Position numbers and translations under genes: made by a program. Below, one piece after another: positions 48,501 through 60,066 of a DNA stretch of 64,000 bases. Origin of the DNA: Candidatus Eiseniibacteriota bacterium (GTDB lineage Bacteria; Eisenbacteria; RBG-16-71-46; CAIMUX01; VGJL01); contig CAWBWI010000006.1 in NCBI GenBank assembly GCA_963792585.1, positions 96,001 through 160,000 on the forward strand, given 5' to 3'. Within the stretch, counting starts at the first letter, position 1. Each line of letters starts with the position of its first letter. The notes beneath the pieces were generated by a model, which was given only the letters and a program-made list of their open reading frames with translations, was not told the DNA's origin and did not search any database.

Positions 48501-51231
48501 GGACGATGGGATCCGGTCGGCTCGCCGCGTGTCGGCTCTCTTCGGCTCCCCTCAGATCGAGATCCCTCTGGCGGGATCGCTCCCCTGGGGCCTCTTCGTA
48601 CAGGCGATCCTGATCGGCCCCCCGTCGGTCCCCCAGGGGGACACGGTCGTCCGACGGTTGCCCTATTTCGGCTGGGGACAGACCTTCTTGAACATTCGCC
48701 CCGACGAATGGAAGTTGAATGTACAAGTCGGCACCGATCATCCGGCCTACCGTCCCGGGGACGAGGTGACCGTGCTCGTCGCGGTCGCGGACGCCCACGG
48801 CAACCCGGTCACCGGGCAGGCAACATTGGCGGTCGTCGACGACGCGATCTTCCAGTTGACCGGCGAGTACACGCCCGACCCGGTCTCGGCGCTCTATCGC
48901 TGGCGCGGCATGGGCGCCGAGTACGACGACGTGCGCAGCAGCCTGCAGATGCCTGCGCGTGGAGAGAAGGGGACGATGTCTCCGGGCGGCGACGGGGGCG
49001 AGGAGGGAGGCGGGCTTCGCAAGCGCTTCGTGGCCACCGCGCACTGGGAAGCGCTCGTGCCGCTCGGACCCGACGGCCGCGCGACGATGCGTTTCCGGCT
49101 CGCGGACGACCTGACCCGATATCGGTTCCGCGTCCTCGCCTCCTCCGGCGTCGATCGTTTCGGCTACGGCGAGACGAAGGCGGACGTGCGCAAACCAATG
49201 CAGATCGAGTGGGCGAGCCCGCGCTTTGTGCGAGACGGGGACGAGCCGGAGATCGCCGCCGTGGTTCGCGGCGAATTCTCCCGGGAAACCGAAGTGAAGC
49301 TGGGGGTGGCCGTGGAGGGCGCGCGCCTCGGCGGCAAGAAGGAGAGGAAGCTCAAGGTCCCCCCTGGGGGGAGCGCGCGCACGGGCATCTCCCTCACGGA
49401 ACCGGGGACGAACGGGATCCGGTTGACCTTGAGGGCCGCCGGCGTCGACAAATCCGACGGCGCAGGCATCTCCGACGCCGTCGAGGTCGCGATCCCGTAC
49501 GACCGTCCCATCCTCTGGGACCGCGAGTTCCTCTTCGGGAAGGTCGATCCCCTCCTGCGCACGACCATCGAAACGCGCAGCACCGCCCTGCCCGAACTGG
49601 GGGGCCTCACGACCGTTGTCGGGCCCTCCCTCCTGAGCGGGATGGACGATGCGCTCGCCTACGCGATCGACTACCCGTACGGGTGCCTCGAGCAGTTGAC
49701 CGGCAGCGTGCTGGCGATCGCAACGGAGGACCGGCTCGCCCGCCATCTGGGCCAACCGCTCGTTCCCGAGATGCAGCGCGAACGCGCCGCGAAGCTCGAG
49801 GCCGCCCTCGCAGGGATCGGCCGGTGCGTCTCCTCCTGGGAGATCCACTCGTGGCCGACGCCCGACGCGCATCCTGCGAGCGACTACACCATCGGCTACG
49901 CGCTCTACGGCCTTCTCCGGGCGCGCGAAGCGGGGCTCGAGGTGCCGCGCTCGCTCATCGATCGATTCGGAGACGAGGCGGCCGAGCGGTTCAGCAGGCT
50001 CCTTTCCGAAACCGAGGATCGCGACCCCGCGAGGCTCCGCCGGCTGGCGGAGGAAGGACCCTGGCTCGCCTGGACGCTCTCCGTCGCGGACCGCGACCGG
50101 CCGGTCGACTCATTGCGGGTTCGCATCGATGACGTCGAGGCGCTGCTCGCGACGCGATCGACCTCCCCCCTCGAATCGAGGATCATGCTGGGCTTGGTGA
50201 TGACAAACCTGCGTTCGCGCGAGGACGCGAAATCCCTGACCCGAAACACCGAGGGGCTCTCCTCCCTGCTCATCCGGCAGATCCAGGACCACGAAATGCA
50301 GAGGACCGGCCGATCGGTCTGGCTGAGTCCGACCGACCGGAGTTGGGGCGACGGGATCGGCGGTGACGTGCGGGCGACCGCGCTGTTCTTGCGTTTCCTC
50401 GCTTCGGTCGATCCGTCCAACGCCGACATCCCGGGCTTGATCGCGTGGCTGCTGGAACAGCGGCGACCGACCAGCGGCGCATGGTCGAACAACCACACGA
50501 CGGCGCTCACGCTCGATCTGCTCACCTCCACCGTGACGGCGCTCGAAGGACCGCCCACCGACGTGTCGGGTACGGTCGGTGTGGGCAGTGTCTTCGACGA
50601 ATTCCACTTCGGCACACGGCGCAACGGCGCCTGGAGGAAATGGGTCCCGATGGCGGAGCTGTTCCGGCAAGGAGGCCCCGCGGGCAGCACGGTTCTGCGG
50701 GTCGAGACGCGCGGCCAGCGGCCCGTCTACTGCACCGCAACCCTCGAGCAGGCGCGGCCGGCCCTCGACGCTCCCGCGCGCGAGGAGGGGATGATCGTCG
50801 ACCGTTCCTATGTCGACGCGAAGGGTGAGTTCCTCGGAGATCGGATTCCTCTCGGAGAACCGCTCTTCGTCCACCTCTCGATCGTCGTCTCCCGCGATGC
50901 GAAGACGCTGCTCGTCGAGGATCCGCTGCCGGGCGGAATCGAGGCGATCAACCTCGCTTTCAAGAATGCGCCCACCGTCTCGATGGGCGATGAACCGGAT
51001 GCCGTGGATGCGACGGCGCTTCCGATCGTCTACCGGGAACTCCAGGATCGTTCCGTGCGCCTCTTCGCGGAGGATGTCGCGGCGGGGATCTATCACGTCT
51101 ACTACCCCGCGATCGCCACGACCGGCGGCTCCTATCGTGTACCGGGAGCGAGGGCCGAGATGCTCTACAGCCCCGAGATCTACGCGACGAGTCCTCCGCA
51201 AACCCTGCGGATCGAGGCCGCGCGGCGGTGA
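45571..51231 (+). CDS. Bacterial alpha-2-macroglobulin family protein
   Basis: N-terminal TM and Ig-like domains, TDRPLYRPGE, FRVEEY, YRPGDEV, LAVVDD, thioester motif YPYGCLEQ, EDPLPGGIE, AEMLYSPE. Confidence 0.95.
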   Translation: MMNDRRRLLLPSILVLLGSLVAFAILHGETPRKSTGELEVRMVSPRGDVGALHAIDVVFGEAMVPLGIRGKAKGTPPLTIDPEIRGSFSWMGSNALTFVPREAVPAGTRLVCRIPRGTRSLEGKSTSSDYAWEIVVGRPELLRTVPERGGLHAPDEPIYLAFSVPPSDAAADSVRLIGLSGAIPLTRVAPDSEAIRQLIRRRDRSMGAANILALQPGRSLTPGEGYRIIVAPGIPFETAGVGLAKADSISFAVMGDPSMSSVAVRGGGFDIDFAGPVDPDSLRRYLSITPSVGSIEIQPYSGTSMRISSDRVRAGTGYELRLRAGMPSLFGLRLAADQRMNVEVPHRASRLRIVPSDGYVPDVKGLAIRIEGTNLETVEIRGGWVRADSLPARLTGYRRSLGNVPLGRIGFWAEPRNTPDSARALQIPLERFGPRPAGTQAIQIRVYGRALFPDEEGRKADLRDDGLIQITDLGISAISGRNRGLAWVTRLSTAESVSGAKLQIRVPGIAKPLWTGTTGTDGLVWMPSLRDLEIPASRTPVVSVATGKETVWLKLSYFQGSWAGAASVADTIAAYGFTDRPLYRPGEAVRWLVLTRSLTRGGLADAGRAAMSYQIHAPDGRTVDRGTIALESPGQGSGSYTIPAGAPLGSHDITFYPTRDASGRACGSAYFRVEEYRLPRFEARLQAPDRPVASGSRAEITGRFAYLNGGPLAGAPVRWTITRAPDWETPREFAGYLFFDPRARSDFEEESYGMTRVAAGEALLDAEGRLRLPVTPDLSGLGQDQTYYVEIGARDLADRSAYDVVTFPVARANIRVGARVALEPRAKDRAVEISAVCLDSTNHARAGVPLRWTIEKRLWKTVRVRRIGGVFGYENVPMDSVAATGVAPSGPAPIKFRWVPPGPGNYSILVEATDDAGRTTRGRDEVWVPGAETGSWYRDDQAWLELKPDRDNYAPSDTARILLPAPAIRTDGLVLLLDDGIRSARRVSALFGSPQIEIPLAGSLPWGLFVQAILIGPPSVPQGDTVVRRLPYFGWGQTFLNIRPDEWKLNVQVGTDHPAYRPGDEVTVLVAVADAHGNPVTGQATLAVVDDAIFQLTGEYTPDPVSALYRWRGMGAEYDDVRSSLQMPARGEKGTMSPGGDGGEEGGGLRKRFVATAHWEALVPLGPDGRATMRFRLADDLTRYRFRVLASSGVDRFGYGETKADVRKPMQIEWASPRFVRDGDEPEIAAVVRGEFSRETEVKLGVAVEGARLGGKKERKLKVPPGGSARTGISLTEPGTNGIRLTLRAAGVDKSDGAGISDAVEVAIPYDRPILWDREFLFGKVDPLLRTTIETRSTALPELGGLTTVVGPSLLSGMDDALAYAIDYPYGCLEQLTGSVLAIATEDRLARHLGQPLVPEMQRERAAKLEAALAGIGRCVSSWEIHSWPTPDAHPASDYTIGYALYGLLRAREAGLEVPRSLIDRFGDEAAERFSRLLSETEDRDPARLRRLAEEGPWLAWTLSVADRDRPVDSLRVRIDDVEALLATRSTSPLESRIMLGLVMTNLRSREDAKSLTRNTEGLSSLLIRQIQDHEMQRTGRSVWLSPTDRSWGDGIGGDVRATALFLRFLASVDPSNADIPGLIAWLLEQRRPTSGAWSNNHTTALTLDLLTSTVTALEGPPTDVSGTVGVGSVFDEFHFGTRRNGAWRKWVPMAELFRQGGPAGSTVLRVETRGQRPVYCTATLEQARPALDAPAREEGMIVDRSYVDAKGEFLGDRIPLGEPLFVHLSIVVSRDAKTLLVEDPLPGGIEAINLAFKNAPTVSMGDEPDAVDATALPIVYRELQDRSVRLFAEDVAAGIYHVYYPAIATTGGSYRVPGARAEMLYSPEIYATSPPQTLRIEAARR

Positions 51232-53666
51232 AGCGTCCGCTCCGATACGCCGTCGCGCGGCGCGTCCTCTGGTCGATGGCGTGCTTCGCCATCGCGATCG
51301 CCGCGCTCTTCGGGGCGGTCCGCCTCGCGAGCGTGCCGCGTGCGCTCGAGAGTCCGCCGAACCCCTCGGTCGTCATTCTCGATCGGCAGGGGGGAAGGAT
51401 CGCCGTTCAGAGGAACGCGGAGGCGCATCTGCTCGAGCGGGCGCGGCTCTCTGTGATCGATCCGCTGCTCGTGCGCGCGACCCTCGCCGCGGAAGACCAC
51501 CGATTCGAGCGGCATCCCGGGATCGATCCGCTCGCGCTCGCGCGCGCGTGCGGGCGCGCTCTGGCGGGGGGCCGCGCGCTGGGAGGCGCATCGACGTTGA
51601 CGATGCAGGTCGTTCGGTGCTCGCAGGGACCGCCGCGCGGGATTCGCGGCCGGATCGCCGAGGTCTGGTGGTCCCTCGTGCTGGAAGCCCACCGGTCCAA
51701 GTCCGAGATCCTCGAGCGCTACTTCGACGAGGCGCCTTACCGAAGCGGGATCTCGGGCGTCGTCGCCGCGTCTCGTTCCCTCTTCGCGAAGCCCCCCTCG
51801 GCGCTCTCCCCCGCCGAGGCGGCGCTGCTCGCCGCGCTTCCACGGGCGCCGTCGAGGCTCGATCCGGCGCGTCATCCCTCGGCGGCGCGCATCGCGCGAA
51901 ACGAGGTTCTTCGCAGAATGGAGCGGCTCGGGTGGCTCTCCGCCGCCGAGGCGCGCCGGGCCGCGGAGTCGCCGATCGATCTCGCGCCGGCCTCCGCGCG
52001 TCGAGCGCCCCACTTCGCGGACTGGATACTCGCCTCGCTGGAGGGAAGAGGCGGCCGGGCCGCGCGGATCACCACCACGCTCGATCCGAGGATTCAGACG
52101 GAGGCCGAACGAGCCGTACGCGAACGCGTGGCGCAGCTGCGCGCGCGCGATGTCCGGGGGGGCGCCGCGATCGTCCTCGCCACGCGCAGCGCTGAGATTC
52201 TCGCGCTCGTCGGTTCCCCCGACTACGCGTCTCCCGAAGCCGGGCAATTCAACGCCGCCCTCGCCCCGCGGCAACCGGGAAGCGCGGTCAAGCCGTTCAC
52301 CTATGCCGTCGCATTCGCCCGCGACCTGCGCCCGTCGACGGTGCTCGCCGATATCCCGGTCTCGTACGAAGGGCCTGACGGGACGTTCGCGCCCCGCAAC
52401 TACGCCGGCACATTCTCGGGCCCGGTCTCCGCGCGTCTGGCTCTGGCGAACTCGTGGAATGTCCCCGCCGTCGAGGCCCTTCGCCGCGCCGATCCGGCCG
52501 CCGTCGCGCGCGGTTTCGAGGCCGTCGGACTCGCCTGCGCCGACCTCGACCGCCTCGGCCTCGGTCTGACCCTCGGCGCGGGAGAGGTCTCGCTCCTCGA
52601 TCTCGCGGCCGCCTACGCGACCCTCGCGCGCGGCGGGACATGGCTCGCGCCCCGGGCGATCATCGGCGCAATCGACGCGGAAGGCGATGCAGTCGGTCTC
52701 CCGCCGTCCGAACGCCGTCCCGCCCTCGATCCCACCGCCTGCGCCTGGGTCAACGAGATCCTGAGCGATCCGGCGGCCCGCGCGGCGGCCTTCGATCGTG
52801 GGGGCGTGCTCGAGATGCCCGGAGCCGTGGCCGCGAAGACGGGCACCTCGTCGGACTGGCGCGACGCATGGGCCGTCCTCTACACGAGCGAGCACGTCGT
52901 GGCCGTCTGGATGGGAAACCCCGACGCGCGCCCGACCGACCGGGTCACCGGGGCGGAGGGACCCGCGGTCGCCGCGCGCGCGATCCTCGAAGCAATCGAG
53001 GCCGGTCGTCCCGCGCCCCCCTTCGCCTCTCCCGAGGGAATCGAGCGACGCGCCCTCTGTCCCTTGTCGGGACGCGCGGCGGGACCGCACTGCCCGCAAA
53101 CCGATTTCGAGCCGTTCCGCTCGACCGATCCTCCGCTGCCGCAGTGCGACGCGCACGTCGCCCTCACGATCGACGTCACGACGGGCTTGCTTGCGCGCCC
53201 GTGCACGGCGGTCGCGCGCCGTCGCTCCGTCGTCTTCGCCCGGCTGCCGGCGCGCTACGCGACCTGGCAGGCCGACCGCGGCCTACCGGTCCCACCGACA
53301 ACGGGAACGCGGTGCATCTGCGGCCTCGCGGACTGCGCGCCCCTCGATCGCCCCCTCGCGCCCCGCCGGGAGACCGATCGCTTTGCGATCGTGCGGCCGG
53401 TCGATGGCACCGTGATCGCGCTCGATCCGACCCTGGCGGCCGCGCAGCAGGAACTGGCGCTCGAAGCGGTCGCGCCCGCGGGTGCGGCCGTCGTCTGGAA
53501 GATCGATGGGAAGATCCGGGGCACGACGACCGGCCCGCACCGCATCTTCTGGCCTCCAGCCGCCGGTCGCCACACGATCGAGGCGACGACCTCGCAGGGT
53601 GGTGGGGAATCTTCGTGCATCGTGACCGTTCTGGCGGGGGAGCCGAGCGCGGAGTCGATTCGCTAG
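51228..53666 (+). CDS. pbpC: Penicillin-binding protein 1C
   Basis: EDHRF..HPGID, GASTLTMQ, RQPGSAVKPF (SxxK), SWN, KTGT. Overlaps the A2M stop codon. Confidence 0.92.
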   Translation: MKRPLRYAVARRVLWSMACFAIAIAALFGAVRLASVPRALESPPNPSVVILDRQGGRIAVQRNAEAHLLERARLSVIDPLLVRATLAAEDHRFERHPGIDPLALARACGRALAGGRALGGASTLTMQVVRCSQGPPRGIRGRIAEVWWSLVLEAHRSKSEILERYFDEAPYRSGISGVVAASRSLFAKPPSALSPAEAALLAALPRAPSRLDPARHPSAARIARNEVLRRMERLGWLSAAEARRAAESPIDLAPASARRAPHFADWILASLEGRGGRAARITTTLDPRIQTEAERAVRERVAQLRARDVRGGAAIVLATRSAEILALVGSPDYASPEAGQFNAALAPRQPGSAVKPFTYAVAFARDLRPSTVLADIPVSYEGPDGTFAPRNYAGTFSGPVSARLALANSWNVPAVEALRRADPAAVARGFEAVGLACADLDRLGLGLTLGAGEVSLLDLAAAYATLARGGTWLAPRAIIGAIDAEGDAVGLPPSERRPALDPTACAWVNEILSDPAARAAAFDRGGVLEMPGAVAAKTGTSSDWRDAWAVLYTSEHVVAVWMGNPDARPTDRVTGAEGPAVAARAILEAIEAGRPAPPFASPEGIERRALCPLSGRAAGPHCPQTDFEPFRSTDPPLPQCDAHVALTIDVTTGLLARPCTAVARRRSVVFARLPARYATWQADRGLPVPPTTGTRCICGLADCAPLDRPLAPRRETDRFAIVRPVDGTVIALDPTLAAAQQELALEAVAPAGAAVVWKIDGKIRGTTTGPHRIFWPPAAGRHTIEATTSQGGGESSCIVTVLAGEPSAESIR

Positions 53667-54283
53667 CTACAGCACTCGTCGCCGCGAAGTCCCTCGATCC
53701 CCTCCTTGACGAGCCACGGAACCATCAGAAGCGCGGCCACGGGATCCGCCCACCACCAGCCGAGTGCGGCGTTGGCAGCGAGCCCGAGCAGGAGCGCGGC
53801 GGACAGATAGGCGCAGGCGAGGGTTTCCTTCGCCTCCGCGCGAAGGGCGCCGCTGCGGATCCGCGCTGCCTCCCGCAGTTTGAGCAGTGAGAGAACGGGC
53901 ATGATGATCAGCGAGGCGACCGCCAAACCGATTCCCACGACGCTTTCCGCGGCCCGCGCGCGCGTGTGGAGGCTCCAGCCCGATTCGGCGAGAACATAGA
54001 GGGCGAGCGCGATGAAGGTGATTCCGACGAATCGGCGCACGCGCCGCTCGCTCGCCTCCACCTCCTCGTGGTCGGCGCCTTGGGACTCCACGGCGAGCCT
54101 CCAGTGCAGGACGCCCGCCGCAGCGCACTCGATCACGCTGTCGAGTCCGAATCCGACAAGCGCGATACTCTCCGCCCGCGTCCCGGAGGCGAGGGCGATC
54201 CCTGCTTCCACCACGTTATAGGCGAGCGTCCCTCCGACGAGCCAAAGCGCCGCGCGCACCCCACCCTTCGCCGTTTCCGCCAT
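53663..54283 (-). CDS. Cation transporter (CDF-like transmembrane domain)
   Basis: [47 protein letters not shown]. Confidence 0.85.
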   Translation of the reverse strand: MAETAKGGVRAALWLVGGTLAYNVVEAGIALASGTRAESIALVGFGLDSVIECAAAGVLHWRLAVESQGADHEEVEASERRVRRFVGITFIALALYVLAESGWSLHTRARAAESVVGIGLAVASLIIMPVLSLLKLREAARIRSGALRAEAKETLACAYLSAALLLGLAANAALGWWWADPVAALLMVPWLVKEGIEGLRGDECCS

Positions 54284-54449
54284 CCAACCTCCCGGCCGTG
54301 CCCAATGCTATGTGGGACAAGAGGATAAGGCAAGCACCGCGAGGAGCGTTCCACGGGGACGTGCCTTCCGGACTCCGTCACCGTTTGCGGGCGCCGCAAC
54401 TCCAAGCCCGGCTTGCTCAAGGGCGATTCTCCGCAGGCCGATAAGAGAT

Positions 54450-57400
54450 GTGACGGACGCTGCGCGGCCGTCCCGCGACAGGCGCGGGACGGCCGGCGGC
54501 GTCGTGAACGCATCATGCGGAGGAATCCTGGAGACGACTCCCTCGCGCACCGACCTCTGGAGTCGGCCCTCGAAGCACTGGCCAACCGTGGCTGTCCTCG
54601 CGATCTCCTTGCTGGTGACCGGGGTCGCCTGGTGGTGGGGGTGCGTGGAGGTTCGCGTGGATACGCGGCATCGATTCGATGCTGCCGCGGATCGGACGCG
54701 CCTGATGATCCTGGACCGACTCGGGGTCAGCGCGGAAGCGGTCGTGAGAGGCCAAAGCCTCGTCGACGGCAGTCGCGAGATCACGTCTGAAGAGTGGGAG
54801 CGCTTCGTCGACCTGCTCGGCCTCGGCCTGAGCTATCCCGGGATCAAGGGGCTCTCCATCGTCGTGCCCGAGAACCGGCCGGAGGGAATCGCATACGACA
54901 TCCGCCTCGTCGAACCGGCGCACTCCAGCCTCTGGCAACGGGGCTCCGACCTATCGACGGTTCTCCCGGCGCGCGCAGCGCTCGATCTCTCACTCCAGCA
55001 CGACGAGGTGACGCTTTCGGGAAAGCTCCCGAATCCCTCCCTGATACCGAACGATGCCGACTTGTTGATCTGCGTGCCGGTCCACCATGCGAACCTGGCC
55101 CCATCCGGGGACCATCCCAGTCGAGGGGACCTCACGGTTTGGGTCGCTGCCCACGTCAGACTCTCAGATCTGCTCCAGGGGATGCCCGACGTCGGCAACG
55201 GGCGTCTTGCCGTCGAGATCGTGGACGGCGCGGCTCCCGGTGCGTCGAATCCTCTCTTCGACACGGCCCCTGCGGCCTTCGGCGCCACGCGGCATACCGA
55301 GGACGCCGAGTTGCACAGCCGGGAGACGATCCGGTTTGGCGGCCGTGTATGGTCCATCACAATCACTGCCACACCCGAAGGCTTCGGCGTCGATTCCGCG
55401 CGTCCGTGGTGGATCCTCCTGGCGGGAGTCGCCATCGCAGCGATGCTCACCTGGATCGTGCATACTCTCTCCACCGCGAGGGCCCGCGCCACCCGTATCG
55501 CGGCGGAGATGACGCTCACCCTGAGATCCAGCGAGGAGCGCACCCGGCTGATCATCGAGAACGCGATGGATGCGGTCTTCTCGGTGGACGACGAGGGCAA
55601 TGTGAGTGATTGGGGTCCTCAAGCCGAGAGAATCTTCGGCTGGGGCTCTAAGGAGATCACCGGCCGCCCCGTCGTGCCGACCCTCTTCTCTCCGGAAAGT
55701 CGCATGACCAACGCGCTCCTGTTCCCGCGCGCCGGAACGTCCTGCGCCCAAGAGAAACAAAGGATCGAAACGACAGCGCTGCGGGCCGATGGGACTTGTT
55801 TCCCGGCGGAACTGTCGATCTCCCCCGTGCTTGGTGGCGGGACGACCACCTTCAGCGTCTTCGCGCGGGACATCACGGAGCGCTGGCAGGCGCAGGAGGC
55901 CCTTCGCTATCGAGACGCCATCCTCGAGGCGGTCGGCTATGCGGCGGAACGGCTCATCACGAGCGTCTCCTGGCAGGAGCGGGTCGATGAGGTGCTCGCC
56001 GCCCTCGGCCGCGCAGCCGAAGTGAGCCGAGTCTATGTCTTCGCCAACCGTCGAGGACCGAGAGGCGAGATCCTCACCGACCAGATGTTCGAGTGGGTCG
56101 CGGAAGGAATTCGCCCCGAAATCGGAAACCCCGATCTCCAGGGACTCCGCCTGCCGGAAGTCGGACTCGCTCGCGTCGAGGAGAACCTCGAAAGAGGGAA
56201 AATCTACCACGGCATCATCTCCAAGCTGCCGGAGTGCGAGCGGCCGCTCTTCATGCAGGAGAACATCCAGTCGATCGCCCTCGTGCCGATCTTCGTCGGG
56301 GGGTCATGGTGGGGCTTCATCGGTTTCGACGAGTGCCTGCGAGAACGGGACTGGACGACTCCCGAGATCGAGGCGCTGCACACCGCTGCCGGGATTCTCG
56401 GCGGCGCGGTGCAGAGGCATCAGGTCGAACGGGCGCTGGGAGACAGCGAAGAACGATTCCGCTCGGCCGTCGAGGCGATGGATGAGGGTGTGATCGTCCG
56501 CAACGTGGATGGATCCCTTCGGCTCTGGAACAGGAGCGCGGCGCGACTCCTTGGCATGCCGCCGGAGGAAATGCGGGCTTCGGACTTCCACATGCAGCCT
56601 GCAGGGCGACTCACGCGCAAGGACGGCACCCCGATCACCCCCGAGGAGCAGGCCTCGGCGATCGCGATCATGACGGAGCGACCGGTGCGCAACATGGTCG
56701 TGCAGATGAAGATGGAGGGCGTCGAGCCGAAAACCTTCTTGGTCAGCTCCATCCCCCTCGTCCAGGCGGGGCAGTCGAGCCCCTACGCCGTCCTGAGCAC
56801 CTTCACCGACATCTCGGAGCAGCGGCACAACGAGTTGGCTTTGCGGGAGAGCGAGAATCGGTTTCGTAACCTCTTCGAGAGTTCCCCCATGGGCATCGGG
56901 ATCACGCGGGATGGCGTCCTGCTCTATACGAACACCACCCTGGTCCGCATGTTCGGCTTCGAGAACGAGAGCGAGCTGTGCGGAAGATCGCTCGTCAACG
57001 TCACCGCGCCGGAGTATCAGATCGACATCGCGAACCGGATCGCCCTGCGTCGCGCCGGCGATCCGACCCTGAGCGTCTACGAAACCGTTTGTAGGCGGAA
57101 AGACGGCTCGACCTTCCCGGCGAACATCGAGCTCGCCGACATCCAGCTACCGGACGGGCCGGCGCAGGTCGGCTTCTGGGCGGACATCTCCGAACGACGG
57201 CAGGCGGAGGAGGAGATCCTCCAGTCCGAAGAGCGATTCTCGAAGGCGTTCCACTCCAATCCGGCGCCGCTCTGCATCTGGTCCCCGACGATGGGCATAG
57301 TCGACGCGAACCGTAGGTTCGTCGAATTGGTCGACTACTCCAAGGAAGAGGTGCTCGGCGACCTGTCGTTCCTCTCCAAGATCTACGTCCACCCGGATGA

Positions 57401-60029
57401 CGCGTCAAGACTGGATGCGCTCATCGCGCAGGGTCCGGTGCGTGACTTCGAGGTCGATGTCAAGCGCAAGGGCGGCGACGTCCGCCGGCTCCTTCTCTCG
57501 ATCGAAGAGGTTCAGATCCGCGGGGAAGCCTGTCTGCTCTCGACATTCCAGGACGTCACGGAACGCTGGCGGGCCGAGGAAGCCCTGCGCGAGAGCGAAG
57601 AGCGATTCCGCACGGCGATAAACTCGATGCAGGAGGGCCTCATCGTCTGGTACGGCGAGGGCGGGCGTGGGCTCTGCAACCAGAGCGCCGCGCGCATCCT
57701 CGCCCGAGACATGGATGAGTTGCAGTCCCACGCTCCGGACGATCCGTGGTGGGCCGCGCTCCAGGAAGACGGTTCGCCGTTCCCGGTCGAAAAGCAGCCG
57801 ACGGTTCTCGCGTACCGGACGGGACTCATCCAGCGCGACGTGCTGGTGAACTTCGTTCGACCCGACGGCAATCGAGTCAGCCTCTCCGTCAACGCGATTC
57901 CCCTCTTTCACTCGGGAGTGGAGCGCCCGTACGCCGTCGTCGCCACGCTCAGCGACATCACGGAGCGGCGGCGATTCGACGAGCAGATCCGGATCTACAT
58001 GGAGCAACTCGAGGACGCCCGTGCAAACGCCGAGGAACAGACCCAGATGCTGCGCGTCCAGGCGCAGGCTCTGGCCGCGGCCCGCGACCAGGCCATCGCC
58101 GCGACGCGAGCGAAGTCGGACTTTCTCGCGAACATGAGCCACGAGATCCGTACCCCGATGAACGGCATCATCGGGATGAGCGATCTGCTCTTCGAGACGC
58201 ACCTGGATGCCGAGCAATACGACTACGCCATGGCGATCCGCAACAGCGGCGACGCCCTCCTGACCCTCATCAACGACATTCTCGACTACTCGAAGATCGA
58301 GGCGGGAATGCTCATGATCGAGAAGATCCCTTGCGATCTCGGGTTGATCCTCGAGCAGCTGGGGGAACTCCTCGCGCCCCGCGCCCACGAGAAGGGGCTC
58401 GAGTTCGTCTGCATGGTTCCACCGGCGCTCCCCGCGAAGTTGCTGGGCGATCCCCTTCGGATCCGGCAGATCCTGACGAACCTCGCGGGGAACGCCATCA
58501 AGTTCACCGAGTCCGGAGAGGTCGTCATCGCCGCCGATATCACCGGTGAGTCGGACACGCACACCAACCTGCGGATCTCGGTCCGAGACACAGGAATCGG
58601 GATCTCGCCCGAGATGCAGGCCGCGGTCTTCGAGAGCTTCACGCAGGCGGACGGCAGCACGAGCCGGCGCTACGGGGGCACCGGACTGGGTCTGACGATT
58701 TCACGCCAGCTGGCGGGCTTGATGGGGGGCCAGATCGGGTTGACGAGCGCACCGGCCGAGGGGAGCACGTTCTGGCTCGACATCTCGCTGGAACGCTCAG
58801 CCGGAGATGCGGCGCAGGAGGTCCAGGCCAAGGATCTGCGCGTGCTCGTGGTCGACGACAATGCCTCGAGCCGACGGGCGATCGCCGAACGACTGCGCGC
58901 GCGCGGCTGCATCGTCGAGGAGGCGGCGACTCCGGGCGCGGCGCTCGGGACGCTGCGCGGGGCGGAACCGAACAGCTTCGGCCTCGTTCTGGTGGACCTG
59001 GAGATGCCCGAGATGGACGCGCGACAGCTCGCGCGGATCCTCCGGGATGAGAAGTCCATCGGCGCGCCGATTCTCGTACTTCTCGTTCCGATCGGCAGGC
59101 ACGTTACCTCGGACCAGGCGCGATATGACGGCTTCTCCGCGATCCTCCCCAAACCGATCCAGCGGGCGACGCTCGACGCCGTACTGAGCATGGCCCTCGG
59201 CATCGAGACCCCGCCCTGGGAGGAAACGCCCGAGCGGCCCTGCTGCGCGGACGAGCTGCCCGGAATCGAGAAGACACGAATCCTCCTGGCGGAGGACAAC
59301 ACGGTCAACCAGAAGCTCGTCCTGTGGATCCTCGAGAAGTGGGGTTGTCGCGCGACCGCGGTGACCACGGGCAAGGCGGCCCTCGAGGCGCTCGAACGAT
59401 CCGCCTATGACCTCGTCCTCATGGACGTACAGATGCCGGAGATGAACGGAATCGAGGCCACGCGCGAGATCCGGTCACGAGACGCGGTCGGCGGCCGGCA
59501 TACGCCGATCATCGCCATGACCGCGCACGCGATGGAGGGAGACCGGCAGCGCTGCCTCGACGCCGGGATGGACGACTACGTTCCCAAGCCGGTCCGGCCG
59601 CCCGAACTCCTTGCGGCCATCGGACGTGTGCTCTTCAAGCGGGCCGGATCGCAGGTCGCCGCGCCCGCGGAGCAGGATGGGGCATCCGTCTTCGACGCGG
59701 ACCGCCTCCGGGACACCTATGGGCTCGACCCCGAGGCCGAGCGCGAGGTCCTGGCCGAGTTTCTCATGGCCGCGCCGGCGCGTATGGAGCGGATGCGCGC
59801 GGCCATCGATGGCGAAGACGCCACCGCGGCAGGAATCGAGGCCCACACGCTCAAGGGAAGCTGTCGCATGCTGGGGGCGGACGCGCTCGCCGCGATCTGC
59901 GAGGAAATCGAGGGACGGGCCGACGCCGGCGATCACGCCGCCACGCTCGGCCTGCTCGCCGATGCGGAGAGGATCTTCGTCCGCCTCCGGGAACTCATGG
60001 AAGCGCACACGCGAAGGGAGGCGGCCTAG
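54450..60029 (+). CDS. Hybrid sensor histidine kinase (CHASE, PAS, GAF, 4xPAS, HisKA, HATPase, 2xREC, Hpt)
   Basis: Two TMs flanking a CHASE-like domain, five SEERF-like..DITER-like PAS units, [22 protein letters not shown], two receiver domains, AHTLKGS. Start uncertain (54312-54570). Confidence 0.93.
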   Translation: MTDAARPSRDRRGTAGGVVNASCGGILETTPSRTDLWSRPSKHWPTVAVLAISLLVTGVAWWWGCVEVRVDTRHRFDAAADRTRLMILDRLGVSAEAVVRGQSLVDGSREITSEEWERFVDLLGLGLSYPGIKGLSIVVPENRPEGIAYDIRLVEPAHSSLWQRGSDLSTVLPARAALDLSLQHDEVTLSGKLPNPSLIPNDADLLICVPVHHANLAPSGDHPSRGDLTVWVAAHVRLSDLLQGMPDVGNGRLAVEIVDGAAPGASNPLFDTAPAAFGATRHTEDAELHSRETIRFGGRVWSITITATPEGFGVDSARPWWILLAGVAIAAMLTWIVHTLSTARARATRIAAEMTLTLRSSEERTRLIIENAMDAVFSVDDEGNVSDWGPQAERIFGWGSKEITGRPVVPTLFSPESRMTNALLFPRAGTSCAQEKQRIETTALRADGTCFPAELSISPVLGGGTTTFSVFARDITERWQAQEALRYRDAILEAVGYAAERLITSVSWQERVDEVLAALGRAAEVSRVYVFANRRGPRGEILTDQMFEWVAEGIRPEIGNPDLQGLRLPEVGLARVEENLERGKIYHGIISKLPECERPLFMQENIQSIALVPIFVGGSWWGFIGFDECLRERDWTTPEIEALHTAAGILGGAVQRHQVERALGDSEERFRSAVEAMDEGVIVRNVDGSLRLWNRSAARLLGMPPEEMRASDFHMQPAGRLTRKDGTPITPEEQASAIAIMTERPVRNMVVQMKMEGVEPKTFLVSSIPLVQAGQSSPYAVLSTFTDISEQRHNELALRESENRFRNLFESSPMGIGITRDGVLLYTNTTLVRMFGFENESELCGRSLVNVTAPEYQIDIANRIALRRAGDPTLSVYETVCRRKDGSTFPANIELADIQLPDGPAQVGFWADISERRQAEEEILQSEERFSKAFHSNPAPLCIWSPTMGIVDANRRFVELVDYSKEEVLGDLSFLSKIYVHPDDASRLDALIAQGPVRDFEVDVKRKGGDVRRLLLSIEEVQIRGEACLLSTFQDVTERWRAEEALRESEERFRTAINSMQEGLIVWYGEGGRGLCNQSAARILARDMDELQSHAPDDPWWAALQEDGSPFPVEKQPTVLAYRTGLIQRDVLVNFVRPDGNRVSLSVNAIPLFHSGVERPYAVVATLSDITERRRFDEQIRIYMEQLEDARANAEEQTQMLRVQAQALAAARDQAIAATRAKSDFLANMSHEIRTPMNGIIGMSDLLFETHLDAEQYDYAMAIRNSGDALLTLINDILDYSKIEAGMLMIEKIPCDLGLILEQLGELLAPRAHEKGLEFVCMVPPALPAKLLGDPLRIRQILTNLAGNAIKFTESGEVVIAADITGESDTHTNLRISVRDTGIGISPEMQAAVFESFTQADGSTSRRYGGTGLGLTISRQLAGLMGGQIGLTSAPAEGSTFWLDISLERSAGDAAQEVQAKDLRVLVVDDNASSRRAIAERLRARGCIVEEAATPGAALGTLRGAEPNSFGLVLVDLEMPEMDARQLARILRDEKSIGAPILVLLVPIGRHVTSDQARYDGFSAILPKPIQRATLDAVLSMALGIETPPWEETPERPCCADELPGIEKTRILLAEDNTVNQKLVLWILEKWGCRATAVTTGKAALEALERSAYDLVLMDVQMPEMNGIEATREIRSRDAVGGRHTPIIAMTAHAMEGDRQRCLDAGMDDYVPKPVRPPELLAAIGRVLFKRAGSQVAAPAEQDGASVFDADRLRDTYGLDPEAEREVLAEFLMAAPARMERMRAAIDGEDATAAGIEAHTLKGSCRMLGADALAAICEEIEGRADAGDHAATLGLLADAERIFVRLRELMEAHTRREAA

Positions 60030-60042
60030 ACGGCCGCCTCCC
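60016..60042. terminator. Hairpin between the convergent kinase and osmC genes
   Basis: GGGAGGCGGCC-TAGAC-GGCCGCCTCCC, perfect 11-bp stem. Confidence 0.65.
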
Positions 60043-60066
60043 GCACCCGTGCGCTCGGTGGTCCTC

